Below, one piece after another: positions 16,872 through 27,621 of a DNA stretch of 52,864 nucleotides. This DNA is from an uncultured bacterium (GTDB lineage: Bacteria; CAZDME01; JAYEMH01). A program made the position numbers and the translations under genes. The stretch's first letter is position 1. Each line of letters opens with the position of its first letter. Location of the stretch: positions 1-52,864 of the forward strand of contig CAZDME010000002.1 in NCBI GenBank assembly GCA_964506785.1, written 5' to 3'. The notes beneath the pieces are model-generated. The model did no database searches and was not told the origin of the DNA. It was given only the letters and a program-made list of their open reading frames with translations.

Positions 16872-18999
16872 CCTGAGGGAAAATAGATTTAGAAAGTTCC
16901 AATCTAAATTTAAAAGCCTTACTTTTAAAACCGGAGTAACCTATCTGATTGCTTTAGGTATTTTTATCGGGACTTGGGTCATATCTTTGCCGGGCGCTTT
17001 TACTTGCCGAACCGAATTTAAAGAAGGCTTCATTGTTCAGGAGGATATTTATGCCCCCCTAGATTTTTGGGTTCTTAATGCCGAAGAAACCCAGGCGGCC
17101 AGAGATAAAAAGATATCGGAATTTTACCGGCCGGTTTGCGACCTTAATCCCCAGGCCCGAGAAGATTCCTTAAAGAATTTATCCAGATTAATCGAGCAAA
17201 GCGAGCTTCCTCATGAACGAAAGGAAGAAATCAGGAGGTATCTGAATAAAGAATACCCTGAGTACATACTGCCGGCAGATTTCCGGCAGTCGTTAGTGAA
17301 AGCCGGGAATAAAAGCGTTCTATTTAAAAAAGACAAAGCGGGAAGGACTGAATTAAAGGTAGAGAAAATTGCCGATTCAGTCCAGCTTGGAAAGACAATT
17401 CTTCCTTACCTACGGAAAAATTTAGAGCTTAGCCCGGAAGATTTGAACTTCGTTGATAAAGCCTTCGTGCCTACTTTGATATATAACCCGAAGGAGTCCG
17501 AAAACTATCGGGATGAGCTGGCTAATTCGGTTCACCCAAAAGAGAAGTTTATTGCCCAGGGAGAAAATATCGCCAGAAAAGGCGAAAAGATTACTCTTGA
17601 ACAACTGCGCAATCTTAATACTTTGAGTAAAATATTAACTCAGGTCAATTTGAAAAGGCGGATTCTTGGCATTGGGCTGTTGATTATAATCGTCATGGGT
17701 ATAATCGCCCTTTATCTTTATAAACTTCCGCGTGAATTCAATCTGTTGAATCAATACCTGGGCGTAGTCGGTATTGTATCCGTCGGAATTCTTATTTTGG
17801 CAAAATGTTTTTTGAATTGGTTCCCGCCAATTTTTATCCCGGTAGCCTCCGGAGCGATGCTTATAGCGCTGCTTTTATCTACTCCTTTAGCTATTGCTTT
17901 TGCCCTGTTTATGTCTATTCTCACCAGTAATTTAGCCGGGGGGGAATTTAATCTCTTGATCATTTTTTTGGTAAGCTCCCTGGTTGGAATTCTGGCGGTT
18001 AGACACGTAAGGCAGAGGCTTGACCTTTTCAAGGCGATAGTGCTGATTGGTTTAGTCAACACGGCAGCCATCTTAAGCCTCGGTTTGATAAATACTTTAG
18101 AGTTTTCCGAAATCGGCCGGCAGGTTTTCTGGGCGTGGGGAAATAGTCTCCTTTGTGTTATTATGGTAACCGCTATTTCGCCTATTTTTGAAACTGTTTT
18201 CAAAATTACATCCGATATTAATCTGTTGGAGTTATCCGACCTTAACCGGCCAATTCTGAGAAAGCTAATGATTGAGGCTTCGGGGACTTATCATCATAGT
18301 TTGATTGTAGGCAATTTAGCTGAAGCGGCGGCCGAAAAGATCAGAGCCAATTGTCTTCTTGCCCGGGTAGGTTCATACTACCATGATATCGGCAAACTTT
18401 ATAAACCCGAGTACTTTAGTGAAAATCAAGCTAAATCCAAAAGTCCCCACGAAAAATTGACTCCGCGGATGAGCAGTTTAGTAATTGCCGCTCATGTTAA
18501 GGAAGGGGTAATATTAGCCAAGGAAAGCAAACTGCCTCAAATCTTGGTCGATTTTATCGAACAGCATCACGGAACCACTTTGATGTGGATTTTTTATCAA
18601 GCGGCTTTGGAGAAAAAGGGAGCTGATGAGATTAAAGAGGAGGACTTCCGTTATCCCGGGCCTAAACCCCAAAGCCGGGAAATTGCTATCGTCATGCTGG
18701 CTGATGCCGTAGAGGCAGCTTCCCGGACTCTGGATGAACCCACTCCATCTCGAATTAGAAGTCTGGTAAAACAGATTATTAACGATAAATTTTTGGATGC
18801 TCAGCTTGAAGAATGCAATTTAACTTTAAGGGATTTACACGAAATAGGGGAAAGTTTCATTTATACTTTAACCGGTCTTTTTCATGTCCGGGTTGAATAT
18901 CCGCAGAATGGAAAGAAAAACAATGATCGTCGCGGTAAAAGGACAAGCGGGACAAATCCCGTATCCCTGGATAAAAAAAATCGCTCAGAAAATACTTAA
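16849..18999 (+). CDS. 7TM-receptor HD-domain phosphohydrolase (PgpH/YqfF-like, possible cyclic-di-AMP phosphodiesterase)
   Basis: 716 aa. It has an extracytoplasmic N-terminal domain, a 7-helix block and a C-terminal HD domain (HHSLIVGNLAEAAA, YYHDIGK). It has the canonical position between the phoH-like gene and ybeY. Confidence 0.85.
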   Translation: MEKKRRVSLRENRFRKFQSKFKSLTFKTGVTYLIALGIFIGTWVISLPGAFTCRTEFKEGFIVQEDIYAPLDFWVLNAEETQAARDKKISEFYRPVCDLNPQAREDSLKNLSRLIEQSELPHERKEEIRRYLNKEYPEYILPADFRQSLVKAGNKSVLFKKDKAGRTELKVEKIADSVQLGKTILPYLRKNLELSPEDLNFVDKAFVPTLIYNPKESENYRDELANSVHPKEKFIAQGENIARKGEKITLEQLRNLNTLSKILTQVNLKRRILGIGLLIIIVMGIIALYLYKLPREFNLLNQYLGVVGIVSVGILILAKCFLNWFPPIFIPVASGAMLIALLLSTPLAIAFALFMSILTSNLAGGEFNLLIIFLVSSLVGILAVRHVRQRLDLFKAIVLIGLVNTAAILSLGLINTLEFSEIGRQVFWAWGNSLLCVIMVTAISPIFETVFKITSDINLLELSDLNRPILRKLMIEASGTYHHSLIVGNLAEAAAEKIRANCLLARVGSYYHDIGKLYKPEYFSENQAKSKSPHEKLTPRMSSLVIAAHVKEGVILAKESKLPQILVDFIEQHHGTTLMWIFYQAALEKKGADEIKEEDFRYPGPKPQSREIAIVMLADAVEAASRTLDEPTPSRIRSLVKQIINDKFLDAQLEECNLTLRDLHEIGESFIYTLTGLFHVRVEYPQNGKKNNDRRGKRTSGTNPVSLDKKNRSENT

Positions 19000-19363
19000 G
19001 AAACTCAGGCTTAATCAAGCGGAGTTAAGTATTCAATTAGTCGATAACCGGAAGATGAAAAACTTAAATAAAAAGTACCAGAGGATTCATCGAGTTACCG
19101 ATGTTTTAGCTTTTTCGCAAAGAGAAGGGAAATTTGCCGGGGTTTACCCTGAAATGCTGGGGGATATTGTTATCTCCATTCCCCAAGCCAGACTTCAGGC
19201 CGGAATTTTAGGCCATTCTTTTAAAAGAGAAGTAGCTGTATTGCTGGTACATGGACTTTTACATCTTTTGGGCTTTGAAGACAGTTCAGTCAAAAAAAGA
19301 AGGCGGATGTTTCAAAAGCAGGAGCAGCTAGTCGAGTGGCTGGAGAAAAATGGATTGGTGTAG
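18923..19363 (+). CDS. ybeY: Endoribonuclease YbeY (rRNA maturation factor)
   Basis: It has the zinc motif HGLLHLLGFED. I prefer the ATG at 18923 over the track start at 18884 on length grounds. The start remains uncertain, and either choice overlaps the upstream gene. Confidence 0.88.
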   Translation: MIVAVKGQAGQIPYPWIKKIAQKILKKLRLNQAELSIQLVDNRKMKNLNKKYQRIHRVTDVLAFSQREGKFAGVYPEMLGDIVISIPQARLQAGILGHSFKREVAVLLVHGLLHLLGFEDSSVKKRRRMFQKQEQLVEWLEKNGLV

Positions 19364-19399
19364 AGACTTCGGGCAGTTAACGAAAATGGAGAGGTAATT

Positions 19400-20071
19400 A
19401 TGGATGAGGAAAAAAATAATTTACATGTTAAAGAATCCTTAATAGGCAGAATCCGCCGTTATTTTGCGGCTGGATTACTGGTGGTTTTCCCTCTGGTTTT
19501 GAGCATTTTTATTTTTTGGAAAATATTTTCATGGATGGAAGGTACTGTCGATATTTTTCTTAATAAATTTACCGATATGTATATTCCCGGTTTAGGGATT
19601 TTGCTGCTTTTAATCTTTATTACTTTGATTGGGATGGTGACGACCAATTTGATTGGCCGGAGGCTTTTTTCGGTTTTTCAAAAGGTAATTAGCCGGATTC
19701 CGCTTTTTAATAAGGTTTACCGGGCTATTCAGGAAATTAGTTATGCTTCTTTAGGAAGGAGTAAAGGCCTTTTTCGGGAAGTCGTTTTGATTGAATATCC
19801 GCGCAAAGGTATTTTTGCCCTAGGTTTTGTCACCGACCAAACGCGGGAGGAGATTTCGCATAAATTAAATAAGCCCTGTTTAAATCTTTTTTTGCCGACT
19901 TCTCCCAATCCGACTTCAGGGATGCTGCTTATTGTCCCGAAAGATGAGGTCATTCCGTTATCACTGACCGTAGAAGAAGGTTTCAAGCTTATTGTTTCCG
20001 GGGGAGCCTTTACCCCGTTAAAGATGCAAGAAAAGGAGATTAGCGCAGATAAGAAACAGGGGCACAAATAA
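19400..20071 (+). CDS. DUF502 family membrane protein
   Basis: 223 aa. It has two N-terminal TM helices and the conserved LPTSPNPTSGMLLIVP block typical of DUF502. Confidence 0.75.
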   Translation: MDEEKNNLHVKESLIGRIRRYFAAGLLVVFPLVLSIFIFWKIFSWMEGTVDIFLNKFTDMYIPGLGILLLLIFITLIGMVTTNLIGRRLFSVFQKVISRIPLFNKVYRAIQEISYASLGRSKGLFREVVLIEYPRKGIFALGFVTDQTREEISHKLNKPCLNLFLPTSPNPTSGMLLIVPKDEVIPLSLTVEEGFKLIVSGGAFTPLKMQEKEISADKKQGHK

Positions 20072-20102
20072 ATACTTTCTGCCGTTAAAAGGGTGAAGAA
20101 AT

Positions 20103-20852
20103 TTGGCTATCTCTCAGACTTCAGGTATTGTTTTGAAAATTCAAAACTGGAAAGAAACCAGCAGATTGGTAACACTCTATACGCAAGACTTTGGGAAAAT
20201 TAAGGCCGTTGCCAAAGGTTTAAAAGCCAAAAAAGGGAAAGGGACCGGGGGCCTTTCGCAGTTCAGTGAAAACGAAATAGTTTTTTACCGAAAGAAAAGC
20301 GGCCTTCATTTAATCGATAAGTGGAGTTTTAAAGATTCGAATTCTAATCTCTATAGTAATTTTAAAAAGCTGGTGATAGCTTCAATCATCGCCGAGATGA
20401 TTGACGAATATATCGAAGGCGAGGAAAAAAGCCCCGGTCTTTACCGACTTCTTAAGAGAACCCTTACCCTTTTAGCCAAAGATGGCCATGAGGAATTATT
20501 TTTAGCCAGTTTTACCGTTCATTTTTTGAAAAGGTTGGGTTATCAGCCTAATTTTGAGAAATGCTGTCGCTGCGGAAAAAACAAGCTGTCTAAACCGATT
20601 TTCTTTTTATTAAACGAAGGAGCGGTAATTTGCCAGCAATGCAGGACAGGCAAAGACAGGGTAGTTGTTGTCGATGAAGAAATGAAGGCAGTCGTAGAAT
20701 ATTTACAGAATATACCCCCGGAGAAGAGTATCAGGCTTAAACTGGCTCCTTTTTTTCAAAAGAGACTCTGTAATTTCCTGATTTTTTTCTTGAGCTATAC
20801 CCTGGGGAAAAAGTTACAGTCTATTTCTCTCCTGGAAACGGCCGTGGCTTGA
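20103..20852 (+). CDS. recO: DNA repair protein RecO
   Basis: 249 aa with a TTG start. It has an N-terminal OB-fold region (IVLKIQNWKETSRLVTLYT) and a CxxC...CxxC zinc finger (CCRCG / CQQC). Confidence 0.85.
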   Translation: MAISQTSGIVLKIQNWKETSRLVTLYTQDFGKIKAVAKGLKAKKGKGTGGLSQFSENEIVFYRKKSGLHLIDKWSFKDSNSNLYSNFKKLVIASIIAEMIDEYIEGEEKSPGLYRLLKRTLTLLAKDGHEELFLASFTVHFLKRLGYQPNFEKCCRCGKNKLSKPIFFLLNEGAVICQQCRTGKDRVVVVDEEMKAVVEYLQNIPPEKSIRLKLAPFFQKRLCNFLIFFLSYTLGKKLQSISLLETAVA

Positions 20853-20914
20853 AAACAACAAAGTTAACCTGGATTTTTCGTTCATGCTTTATGGCGAGAT
20901 AAAAGGAAGAAAAA

Positions 20915-21769
20915 ATGAATTTTCAAGATTTAATTATGAAGCTGAGTGAGTTCTGGATAAAACAGGGATGTTTGATAGACCAGCCCTACGATTTAGAAGT
21001 GGGCGCGGGAACTTTCCATCCGGCGACTTTTTTCCGGGTCCTGGGGAAAAATCCCTGGCGGGTGGCTTATGTCCAGCCGACTCGCCGTCCGACTGACGGG
21101 CGTTACGGAGAAAACCCCAACCGCTTGCAGCGTTATTATCAATATCAGGTGGTTGTCAAACCCAGTCCAGACGATATTCAGGGGATTTATTTAGAGAGTT
21201 TGAAATTTCTGGGGATTAATCCGGTCAAGCACGATGTTCGTTTTGTTCAAGATGATTGGGAATCTCCCACCTTAGGTGCCTGGGGGGTCGGCTGGGAAGT
21301 CTGGTTGGATGGATTAGAAATTACCCAATTTACTTACTTTCAGCAGATAGGCGGAATTGATTTGAACCCGGTTTCTGTCGAGATTACCTATGGATTGGAA
21401 AGAATTGCCATGTTTCTCCAGAAGGCTGAATCGGTCTTTGATTTAAAATGGAATGATAAAATTCTCTACGGGGATCTTCGACTGGAAGGGGAAATAGAAT
21501 TTTCCCGCTATAATTTTGATGAAGCCGATGTTCAATTTCTTCTGGGTATTTTCGAAAATTATGAAAAAGAGGCTCAGCGTTTGTTAAATCGAGAATTATT
21601 TTTACCCGCTTATGATTATACCCTTAAATGTTCTCATGCTTTTAACTTAATGGATGCCCGGGGAAGTTTAAGTGTCAGCCAGCGGACGATCTATATCGGG
21701 CGGGTAAGAGCTTTGGCGGCTCAATGCGCCCAGTTATTCCTGAAGATTAAAGAGCCGAAAAGAAAATAA
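20915..21769 (+). CDS. glyQ: Glycine--tRNA ligase subunit alpha
   Basis: 284 aa. Motifs present: [31 protein letters not shown] and [11 protein letters not shown]. Confidence 0.96.
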   Translation: MNFQDLIMKLSEFWIKQGCLIDQPYDLEVGAGTFHPATFFRVLGKNPWRVAYVQPTRRPTDGRYGENPNRLQRYYQYQVVVKPSPDDIQGIYLESLKFLGINPVKHDVRFVQDDWESPTLGAWGVGWEVWLDGLEITQFTYFQQIGGIDLNPVSVEITYGLERIAMFLQKAESVFDLKWNDKILYGDLRLEGEIEFSRYNFDEADVQFLLGIFENYEKEAQRLLNRELFLPAYDYTLKCSHAFNLMDARGSLSVSQRTIYIGRVRALAAQCAQLFLKIKEPKRK

Positions 21770-21810
21770 AACTGTATGCGGAAAGATGAATAAGGAAAAC
21801 GGAAAATAAG

Positions 21811-23886
21811 ATGGCCAAAAATGTTTTATTAGAGATTGGCACCGAAGAGATGCCAGTTGAATTTATCTCTTCGGGTTTGGAACAGTTGGGAAAACTGGCT
21901 GATTTCCACTTCAACAAAGAAAAAATTGAATTCCGGAAGATTGAAACCTACGCCACACCCTGTCGGTTGATTCTCTGGGTTGCCGGCGTAAACGAGAGGC
22001 AAATTGCCGAGACGAAAGAAATCCGCGGCCCGGCTAAAGAAGCGGCTTTTGACAGTCAAGGGAGGCCGACGGCTCAAGCAGTCGGTTTTGCTAAAGCGCA
22101 GGGGATAAAAGTTGATGATTTAGTGGTTAAAGAGAGCGGAAACAAAAAATATGTCTGCGCTTTTCATGAAACTGAAGCCGATTCCAGTAAAAATATTTTG
22201 AAGACTTTACTGCCGATAATAATTAAGAACCTCAGGTTTTCCAAAATGATGCGCTGGAATAATCAGGGAACTTTTTTTGGGCGGCCGGTTCGCTGGCTCC
22301 TGGCTCTCTGGGGTGGAGAAATAATAAAATTTGATTTTGCCGGGTTGAAGTCTTCTAATCTTAGTTACGGACACCGGTATCTAAGTTCGAAAAGTTTTAA
22401 GGTGGCTGGAACGGAAAACTTTTTTTCTGAATTAGAAAAACGCTATTGCTTGATTAATCCTGAGGAAAGGGTTAAGAGAATCGAATCCAAAGGAAAGCTT
22501 TTAGTCGAAAAACATGGCGGGGAAATTTATGTCGACAGAGAAGGGTTAAGAGAAATAGCTAATCTTGTCGAGTATCCGCTGACTCTTCTGGGGAAATTCT
22601 CCCCTGCTTATCTGAAAATTCCTGAGGAGATAATCGTCGAAGTTATCGGCCATCAAGAAAAATGTTTGCCGGTAAAAGATAAAAAGGGCCGTCTTTTGCC
22701 TCTTTTCGTCATTGTGGCTAATCGAAAGGAAGACCAAACCGGAATAATAAAGAAAGGATATGAAAGGGTAATGGAGGCGCGGCTTAAGGATGCGGATTTT
22801 TTCTACCAGCAGGATCTGAAGAAACCGCTAATGGATAGGGTGGGGTTCTTGAAAGAAATAATTTTTCAAGAAAAATTAGGAACGCTTTTTGAGAAAGTTG
22901 AGCGTCTGGGAAATTTAGCTGATTTTTTGGGGAAAAAGGTAAATTTGGGCCTGGCTGAGTTAGAGGATTTGAAAAAGGCGGGCCGATTATGCAAAGCAGA
23001 TTTATTAACCGAAGTGGTTAAAGAATTTCCCAATCTCCAAGGTTCTATCGGCCGGCATTATGCTTCTCGAGACGGAGAAAAAGAAAGAATAAGCCAGGCT
23101 ATTTTTGAACATTATCTGCCGCGTTTTCCGGGAGATTTTCTGCCGCAGAGTCAAGCCGGGGCATTATTGAGTATGGTTGACCGGGTTGATACTTTGGTTG
23201 GGTATTTTCATCTTGGTTTGCTGCCCTCAGGTTCAGAAGACCCTTATAGCCTCCGCCGGCAGGCAAATGGTTTATTGGAAATTGTTATACAATTTTCATT
23301 TAACGTCGATTTAGCGGGATTAATCGACCAATCGGCTAAACTCTACGGATTTTCCAAAACAGAAGAGCTGAAGAAGGAATTAATCGATTTTCTGCGGCAA
23401 AGGCTGGTTTTTATCTTAGGCCAGCTCGGCTTCCGGACCGATCATATCGAAGCCGCTTTGGCGACGGGAGGCTTGGTTATCGCCGAATTAGTCGGAAAGC
23501 TTGAGGTTCTAAATAAATTCGGCCAAAATAAAGAATTCAGAAAGATGCTTAAAACCTATCAGAGGCTGCATAACATCTTGAAAAGTGCCTCTATCGATAA
23601 ACTTAAGAGGCAAATTATCAATGAGGATTTGCTGGAAGAAAAAGAAGAAAAAATCCTTTTCCAGCATTATTCTACTTCTAAAGTAAAACTGGCTAAGTCC
23701 GGAGATGGTGAAGAAATTCTTAAAACCCTAAGCCGATTTACGCCGCTTATTGATAATTTTTTCGATAAGGTGATGGTCATGGTTCCTGAAGAGGAGTTAA
23801 AAGTAAATAGACTGCTTCTTTTAGAGGCGGTAAAAAAACTTTTTGTGAGTTTTGTCGATTTTTCTCTAATAAAGCGCGAAGGATAA
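21811..23886 (+). CDS. glyS: Glycine--tRNA ligase subunit beta
   Basis: 691 aa, immediately downstream of glyQ. Motifs present: N-terminal LLEIGTEEMP, and YATPCRL in place of the usual YATPRRL. It has a DALR-type C-terminal region. Confidence 0.93.
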   Translation: MAKNVLLEIGTEEMPVEFISSGLEQLGKLADFHFNKEKIEFRKIETYATPCRLILWVAGVNERQIAETKEIRGPAKEAAFDSQGRPTAQAVGFAKAQGIKVDDLVVKESGNKKYVCAFHETEADSSKNILKTLLPIIIKNLRFSKMMRWNNQGTFFGRPVRWLLALWGGEIIKFDFAGLKSSNLSYGHRYLSSKSFKVAGTENFFSELEKRYCLINPEERVKRIESKGKLLVEKHGGEIYVDREGLREIANLVEYPLTLLGKFSPAYLKIPEEIIVEVIGHQEKCLPVKDKKGRLLPLFVIVANRKEDQTGIIKKGYERVMEARLKDADFFYQQDLKKPLMDRVGFLKEIIFQEKLGTLFEKVERLGNLADFLGKKVNLGLAELEDLKKAGRLCKADLLTEVVKEFPNLQGSIGRHYASRDGEKERISQAIFEHYLPRFPGDFLPQSQAGALLSMVDRVDTLVGYFHLGLLPSGSEDPYSLRRQANGLLEIVIQFSFNVDLAGLIDQSAKLYGFSKTEELKKELIDFLRQRLVFILGQLGFRTDHIEAALATGGLVIAELVGKLEVLNKFGQNKEFRKMLKTYQRLHNILKSASIDKLKRQIINEDLLEEKEEKILFQHYSTSKVKLAKSGDGEEILKTLSRFTPLIDNFFDKVMVMVPEEELKVNRLLLLEAVKKLFVSFVDFSLIKREG

Positions 23887-23917
23887 CCATTTAACTTGGA
23901 AAGGAGTGTCAGTCACT

Positions 23918-26575
23918 ATGTCTAAGTATATCTATTTCTTTGGTGGCGGTAAGGCTGAAGGGAATGCCAAAATGAAAGATCTCTTAGGCGGCAAAGGGGC
24001 GAATTTAGCCGAGATGACCAACTTGAAGATTCCTGTCCCGCCTGGATTTACCATAACAACTAAGGCTTGCCTGCATTTTTTCGAAAATAAACAAAAGTGG
24101 CCGGCGGGGTTAAAAAAAGAACTTTTTGAAAATCTTAAAAAATTAGAAAAGTCTAAAGGGGCTCGCCTCGGCGACGAAAATAATCCGCTTTTAGTTTCTG
24201 TCCGCTCGGGGGCTAAAATTTCGATGCCCGGGATGATGGATACGGTGTTAAATTTGGGTCTCAATTCTAACACCTTAAAGGCGTTGGCCAAAAATACAAA
24301 CAATGCCCGTTTTGCCTATGACAGTTTTCGGCGTTTTATCCAGATGTTCGGCAATGTCGTTTTGGGTATTCCCAAAGAAGATTTTGAAGAATTGATAACC
24401 GAGGAAAAGAAAAAGGCCGGGGTCAAGTTAGACGTCGACCTAAAAATAAAGCATCTCGAAAGTTTAATTAACCAGTTTAAAGCGCTATGTAAAAGAAAGA
24501 CGAAAATTGTTTTTCCTGAGGATCCGTATCAGCAGTTAGTCATGGCCTGTAATGCCGTATTTACCTCATGGAATAACGACAGGGCCATATTTTACCGAAA
24601 ACAGAATAATATTCCCGATAGTTTAGGGACGGCGGTTAATGTCCAGGCGATGGTTTTCGGGAATATCGGAGATGAGTCGGCTACCGGAGTTGGGTTCACC
24701 CGCGATCCGGCGACCGGCGAAAAAATATTCTATGGCGAATATCTGCCGAATGCCCAAGGAGAGGATGTGGTTGCCGGCGTAAGGACCCCGCTTCATTTCA
24801 AGGATTTGAAAAAGCAGTTTCCGCAGGTTTACGATCAACTGAAGAAGATTACCGGCAGATTAGAAAAACATTACCGCGATATTCAGGATTTTGAGTTTAC
24901 GGTTGAAAAAGGCAAACTTTATCTTTTGCAGACGAGAACAGGGAAAAGAACAGCCGCGGCGGCAGTGAAGATTGCCGTGGACATGGTTAAAGAAAGACTA
25001 ATTAACAAAAAAGAAGCTCTGTTTCGAATTCAACCGGAGCAAATTGACCAGCTTCTTCATCCGATACTTAATCCCAAGGCTAAGGTAGAAGTTATCGCCA
25101 AAGGTCTGCCGGCTTCTCCCGGAGCGGCGACGGGTAAAGTGGTTTTTACGGCTGATGAAGCGGCCGAACGCGGCAATAAAGAAAAAATAATTTTGGTGCG
25201 GAATGAAACCTGTCCGGATGATATCCACGGTATGGCTGCGGCCCAGGGGATTCTTACCGCCCGGGGAGGGATGACCAGCCATGCCGCCGTAGTCGCCCGG
25301 GGTATGGGTAAATGCTGCGTAGCCGGCTGTGAATCAATTAAAGCCGATGAAAAAGGAAATAAATTTTCCGTCGGCAAACGAATAGTGAAAAGGGACGATT
25401 ATATTACCTTGGACGGCAGTACCGGACGGGTAATATTAGGGATGGTTCCGACGGTTCAGCCCTCCATGAGCGGCGCCTTTGGTAAAATTTTATCTTGGGC
25501 GGATGAAGTTCGGCGATTAGGTATCCGGGCTAACGCTGACATTCCCCGGGATGCTAAAACCGCCAGAGATTTTGGCGCCGAGGGGATCGGACTTTGCCGG
25601 ACAGAGCATATGTTTTTTGCCAAAGACAGAATTCCCTTGGTGCAAAAGATGATTCTCGCTCGAACAACCGAAGAAAGGCAAAAGTCTTTAAATAGACTTC
25701 TACCCCTGCAGGAAAAAGATTTCGAAGGATTATTTGAAGCGATGAAAGGCTATCCGGTAACTATACGGCTGCTCGATCCGCCTCTTCATGAATTTCTGCC
25801 TCGACGAGAAGAATTGATGGTAGAGATTGCCTTGCTTAAGAAAGAGAAGAGAACTCCTAGAAAGGTGATAGAAGAAAAAGAGAAGCTTCTGTCTAGGATT
25901 GAAGAGCTTCATGAATTTAATCCCATGCTCGGCCATCGCGGCTGCCGTTTGGGCATTACTTACCCTGAAATATCAAAAATGCAGGTTCGGGCTATTTTTC
26001 AAGCGGCCTGCCGGATTATTAAGAAAGGGAAAAAGATTTATCCGGAGGTAATGATTCCTTTGGTTAGTTTGGCCGGAGAATTCCAAAAACAAAAAGAATT
26101 AGTTGACCGGACAGCTCAGGAAGTAATGAAAAAGGAGAAGGTAACGTTCGATTATATGGTTGGGACAATGATTGAATTGCCGCGAGCCACGGTTATAGCC
26201 GATAAAATTGCCGAGACGGCTGAATTTTTCTCTTTTGGAACCAATGACCTCACCCAGACTACCTTTGGTTTTAGCCGGGATGATGCCGGGAAGTTCATCC
26301 GTGTCTATAGGGATCTGGGGATTTTAAGCAAAGATCCCTTTCAGAATCTGGATATCGAAGGCGTCGGGAAATTGATAAAGATGGCCGTGGAAAAGGGAAG
26401 AAAAAAGAGGCCGAAATTAAAGGTGGGTATTTGCGGTGAACACGGCGGAGACCCGGCTTCTATTCAGTTCTGTGAGACTATAGGGATGAATTATGTAAGC
26501 TGTTCTCCTTATCGGGTGCCTATCGCCAGATTAGCGGCAGCCCAGGCCAGCCTTACTAAAGGGAGAAAAAAATAA
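23918..26575 (+). CDS. ppdK: Pyruvate, phosphate dikinase
   Basis: Motifs present: LLGGKGANLAEM, phospho-histidine loop GGMTSHAAVVARGMG, GTNDLTQ and CGEHGGDP. I prefer the ATG at 23918 to the GTG at 23906, which abuts the SD. Confidence 0.96.
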   Translation: MSKYIYFFGGGKAEGNAKMKDLLGGKGANLAEMTNLKIPVPPGFTITTKACLHFFENKQKWPAGLKKELFENLKKLEKSKGARLGDENNPLLVSVRSGAKISMPGMMDTVLNLGLNSNTLKALAKNTNNARFAYDSFRRFIQMFGNVVLGIPKEDFEELITEEKKKAGVKLDVDLKIKHLESLINQFKALCKRKTKIVFPEDPYQQLVMACNAVFTSWNNDRAIFYRKQNNIPDSLGTAVNVQAMVFGNIGDESATGVGFTRDPATGEKIFYGEYLPNAQGEDVVAGVRTPLHFKDLKKQFPQVYDQLKKITGRLEKHYRDIQDFEFTVEKGKLYLLQTRTGKRTAAAAVKIAVDMVKERLINKKEALFRIQPEQIDQLLHPILNPKAKVEVIAKGLPASPGAATGKVVFTADEAAERGNKEKIILVRNETCPDDIHGMAAAQGILTARGGMTSHAAVVARGMGKCCVAGCESIKADEKGNKFSVGKRIVKRDDYITLDGSTGRVILGMVPTVQPSMSGAFGKILSWADEVRRLGIRANADIPRDAKTARDFGAEGIGLCRTEHMFFAKDRIPLVQKMILARTTEERQKSLNRLLPLQEKDFEGLFEAMKGYPVTIRLLDPPLHEFLPRREELMVEIALLKKEKRTPRKVIEEKEKLLSRIEELHEFNPMLGHRGCRLGITYPEISKMQVRAIFQAACRIIKKGKKIYPEVMIPLVSLAGEFQKQKELVDRTAQEVMKKEKVTFDYMVGTMIELPRATVIADKIAETAEFFSFGTNDLTQTTFGFSRDDAGKFIRVYRDLGILSKDPFQNLDIEGVGKLIKMAVEKGRKKRPKLKVGICGEHGGDPASIQFCETIGMNYVSCSPYRVPIARLAAAQASLTKGRKK

Positions 26576-27597
26576 TGCCCGAATTAAGAAAAGACCCTGT
26601 TAGTGGGCGCTGGGTAATTATTTCTACAGAGCGAGCCAAAAGGCCGGAGGACTTTCAGCTTCCCGAAGAAAAAAAAGGCTCTAAAGATAGTTGTCCTTTT
26701 TGTGAAGGACATGAGGATAAAACACCTCCAGAGGTATTTTGCTTTCGAAAATCTGGAACAAAAGCTGATTCTCCGGGCTGGTCGGTCAGGGTGGTGCCAA
26801 ATAAATTCCCTGCTTTAACCAGAGAAGGTGCTTTATCTCGAAGAGGCAGCGGTATCTATGACCTGATGAATGGTGTTGGCGCCCATGAGGTTATTATTGA
26901 AACTCCGGATCATCGGAAGAATATGACGGATTTTTCCCCAAAGAAAATGGGACAGGTAATTTCGGCCTATCGCGGGAGGATTATTGATTTAAAAAAGGAT
27001 CCCCGGCTGAAATATATTCTCATTTTCAGAAATTACGGCCGGGAAGCCGGGACGTCTCTTGCGCATCCTCATTCACAATTGGTGGCGACGCCGATTACGC
27101 CTAAGAGGGTTAAAGAAGAACTTATCGGCGCCAAAGATTATTATCTACGCAAGGAAAGATGCGTTTTTTGCGACATTATCCGCCAGGAAACAGAATCCAA
27201 AGAAAGGCTGATTATGGGAAACAAAAACTTTCTCGCCTTTGCTCCTTTTGCCGCCCGTTTCCCATTTGAAAGCTGGATAATACCAAAAAGGCATTCACCG
27301 GATTTTGAGACGATTAAAGAATCGGAAAAAGACGATCTGGCTTCTATACTTCAAGCTACCCTTAAAAAAATATCCCGGGCTTTAGGGAATCCTCCGTACA
27401 ACTACATTCTTCATACGGGGCCAAATCGATTAAATATTCCCGGCTATTGGCAGACGCTCGATTTTGATTATCACTGGCATATCGAAATAATGCCCCGGGT
27501 AGTAAGAATTGCCGGGTTTGAATGGGGTTCAGGTTTTTATATCAATCCGATGCCGCCTGAAGAAGCGGCCAAATTTTTGCGGAAATTAACGGTTTAA
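26575..27597 (+). CDS. galT: Galactose-1-phosphate uridylyltransferase family (HIT superfamily) nucleotidyltransferase
   Basis: 340 aa. Motifs present: zinc motif CPFCEGHE and catalytic HPHSQL (HxHxQ). There is a 1-nt overlap (TAATG) with ppdK. Confidence 0.8.
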   Translation: MPELRKDPVSGRWVIISTERAKRPEDFQLPEEKKGSKDSCPFCEGHEDKTPPEVFCFRKSGTKADSPGWSVRVVPNKFPALTREGALSRRGSGIYDLMNGVGAHEVIIETPDHRKNMTDFSPKKMGQVISAYRGRIIDLKKDPRLKYILIFRNYGREAGTSLAHPHSQLVATPITPKRVKEELIGAKDYYLRKERCVFCDIIRQETESKERLIMGNKNFLAFAPFAARFPFESWIIPKRHSPDFETIKESEKDDLASILQATLKKISRALGNPPYNYILHTGPNRLNIPGYWQTLDFDYHWHIEIMPRVVRIAGFEWGSGFYINPMPPEEAAKFLRKLTV

Positions 27598-27621
27598 GAA
27601 AAGATAAACTTAAGGCAAGCG

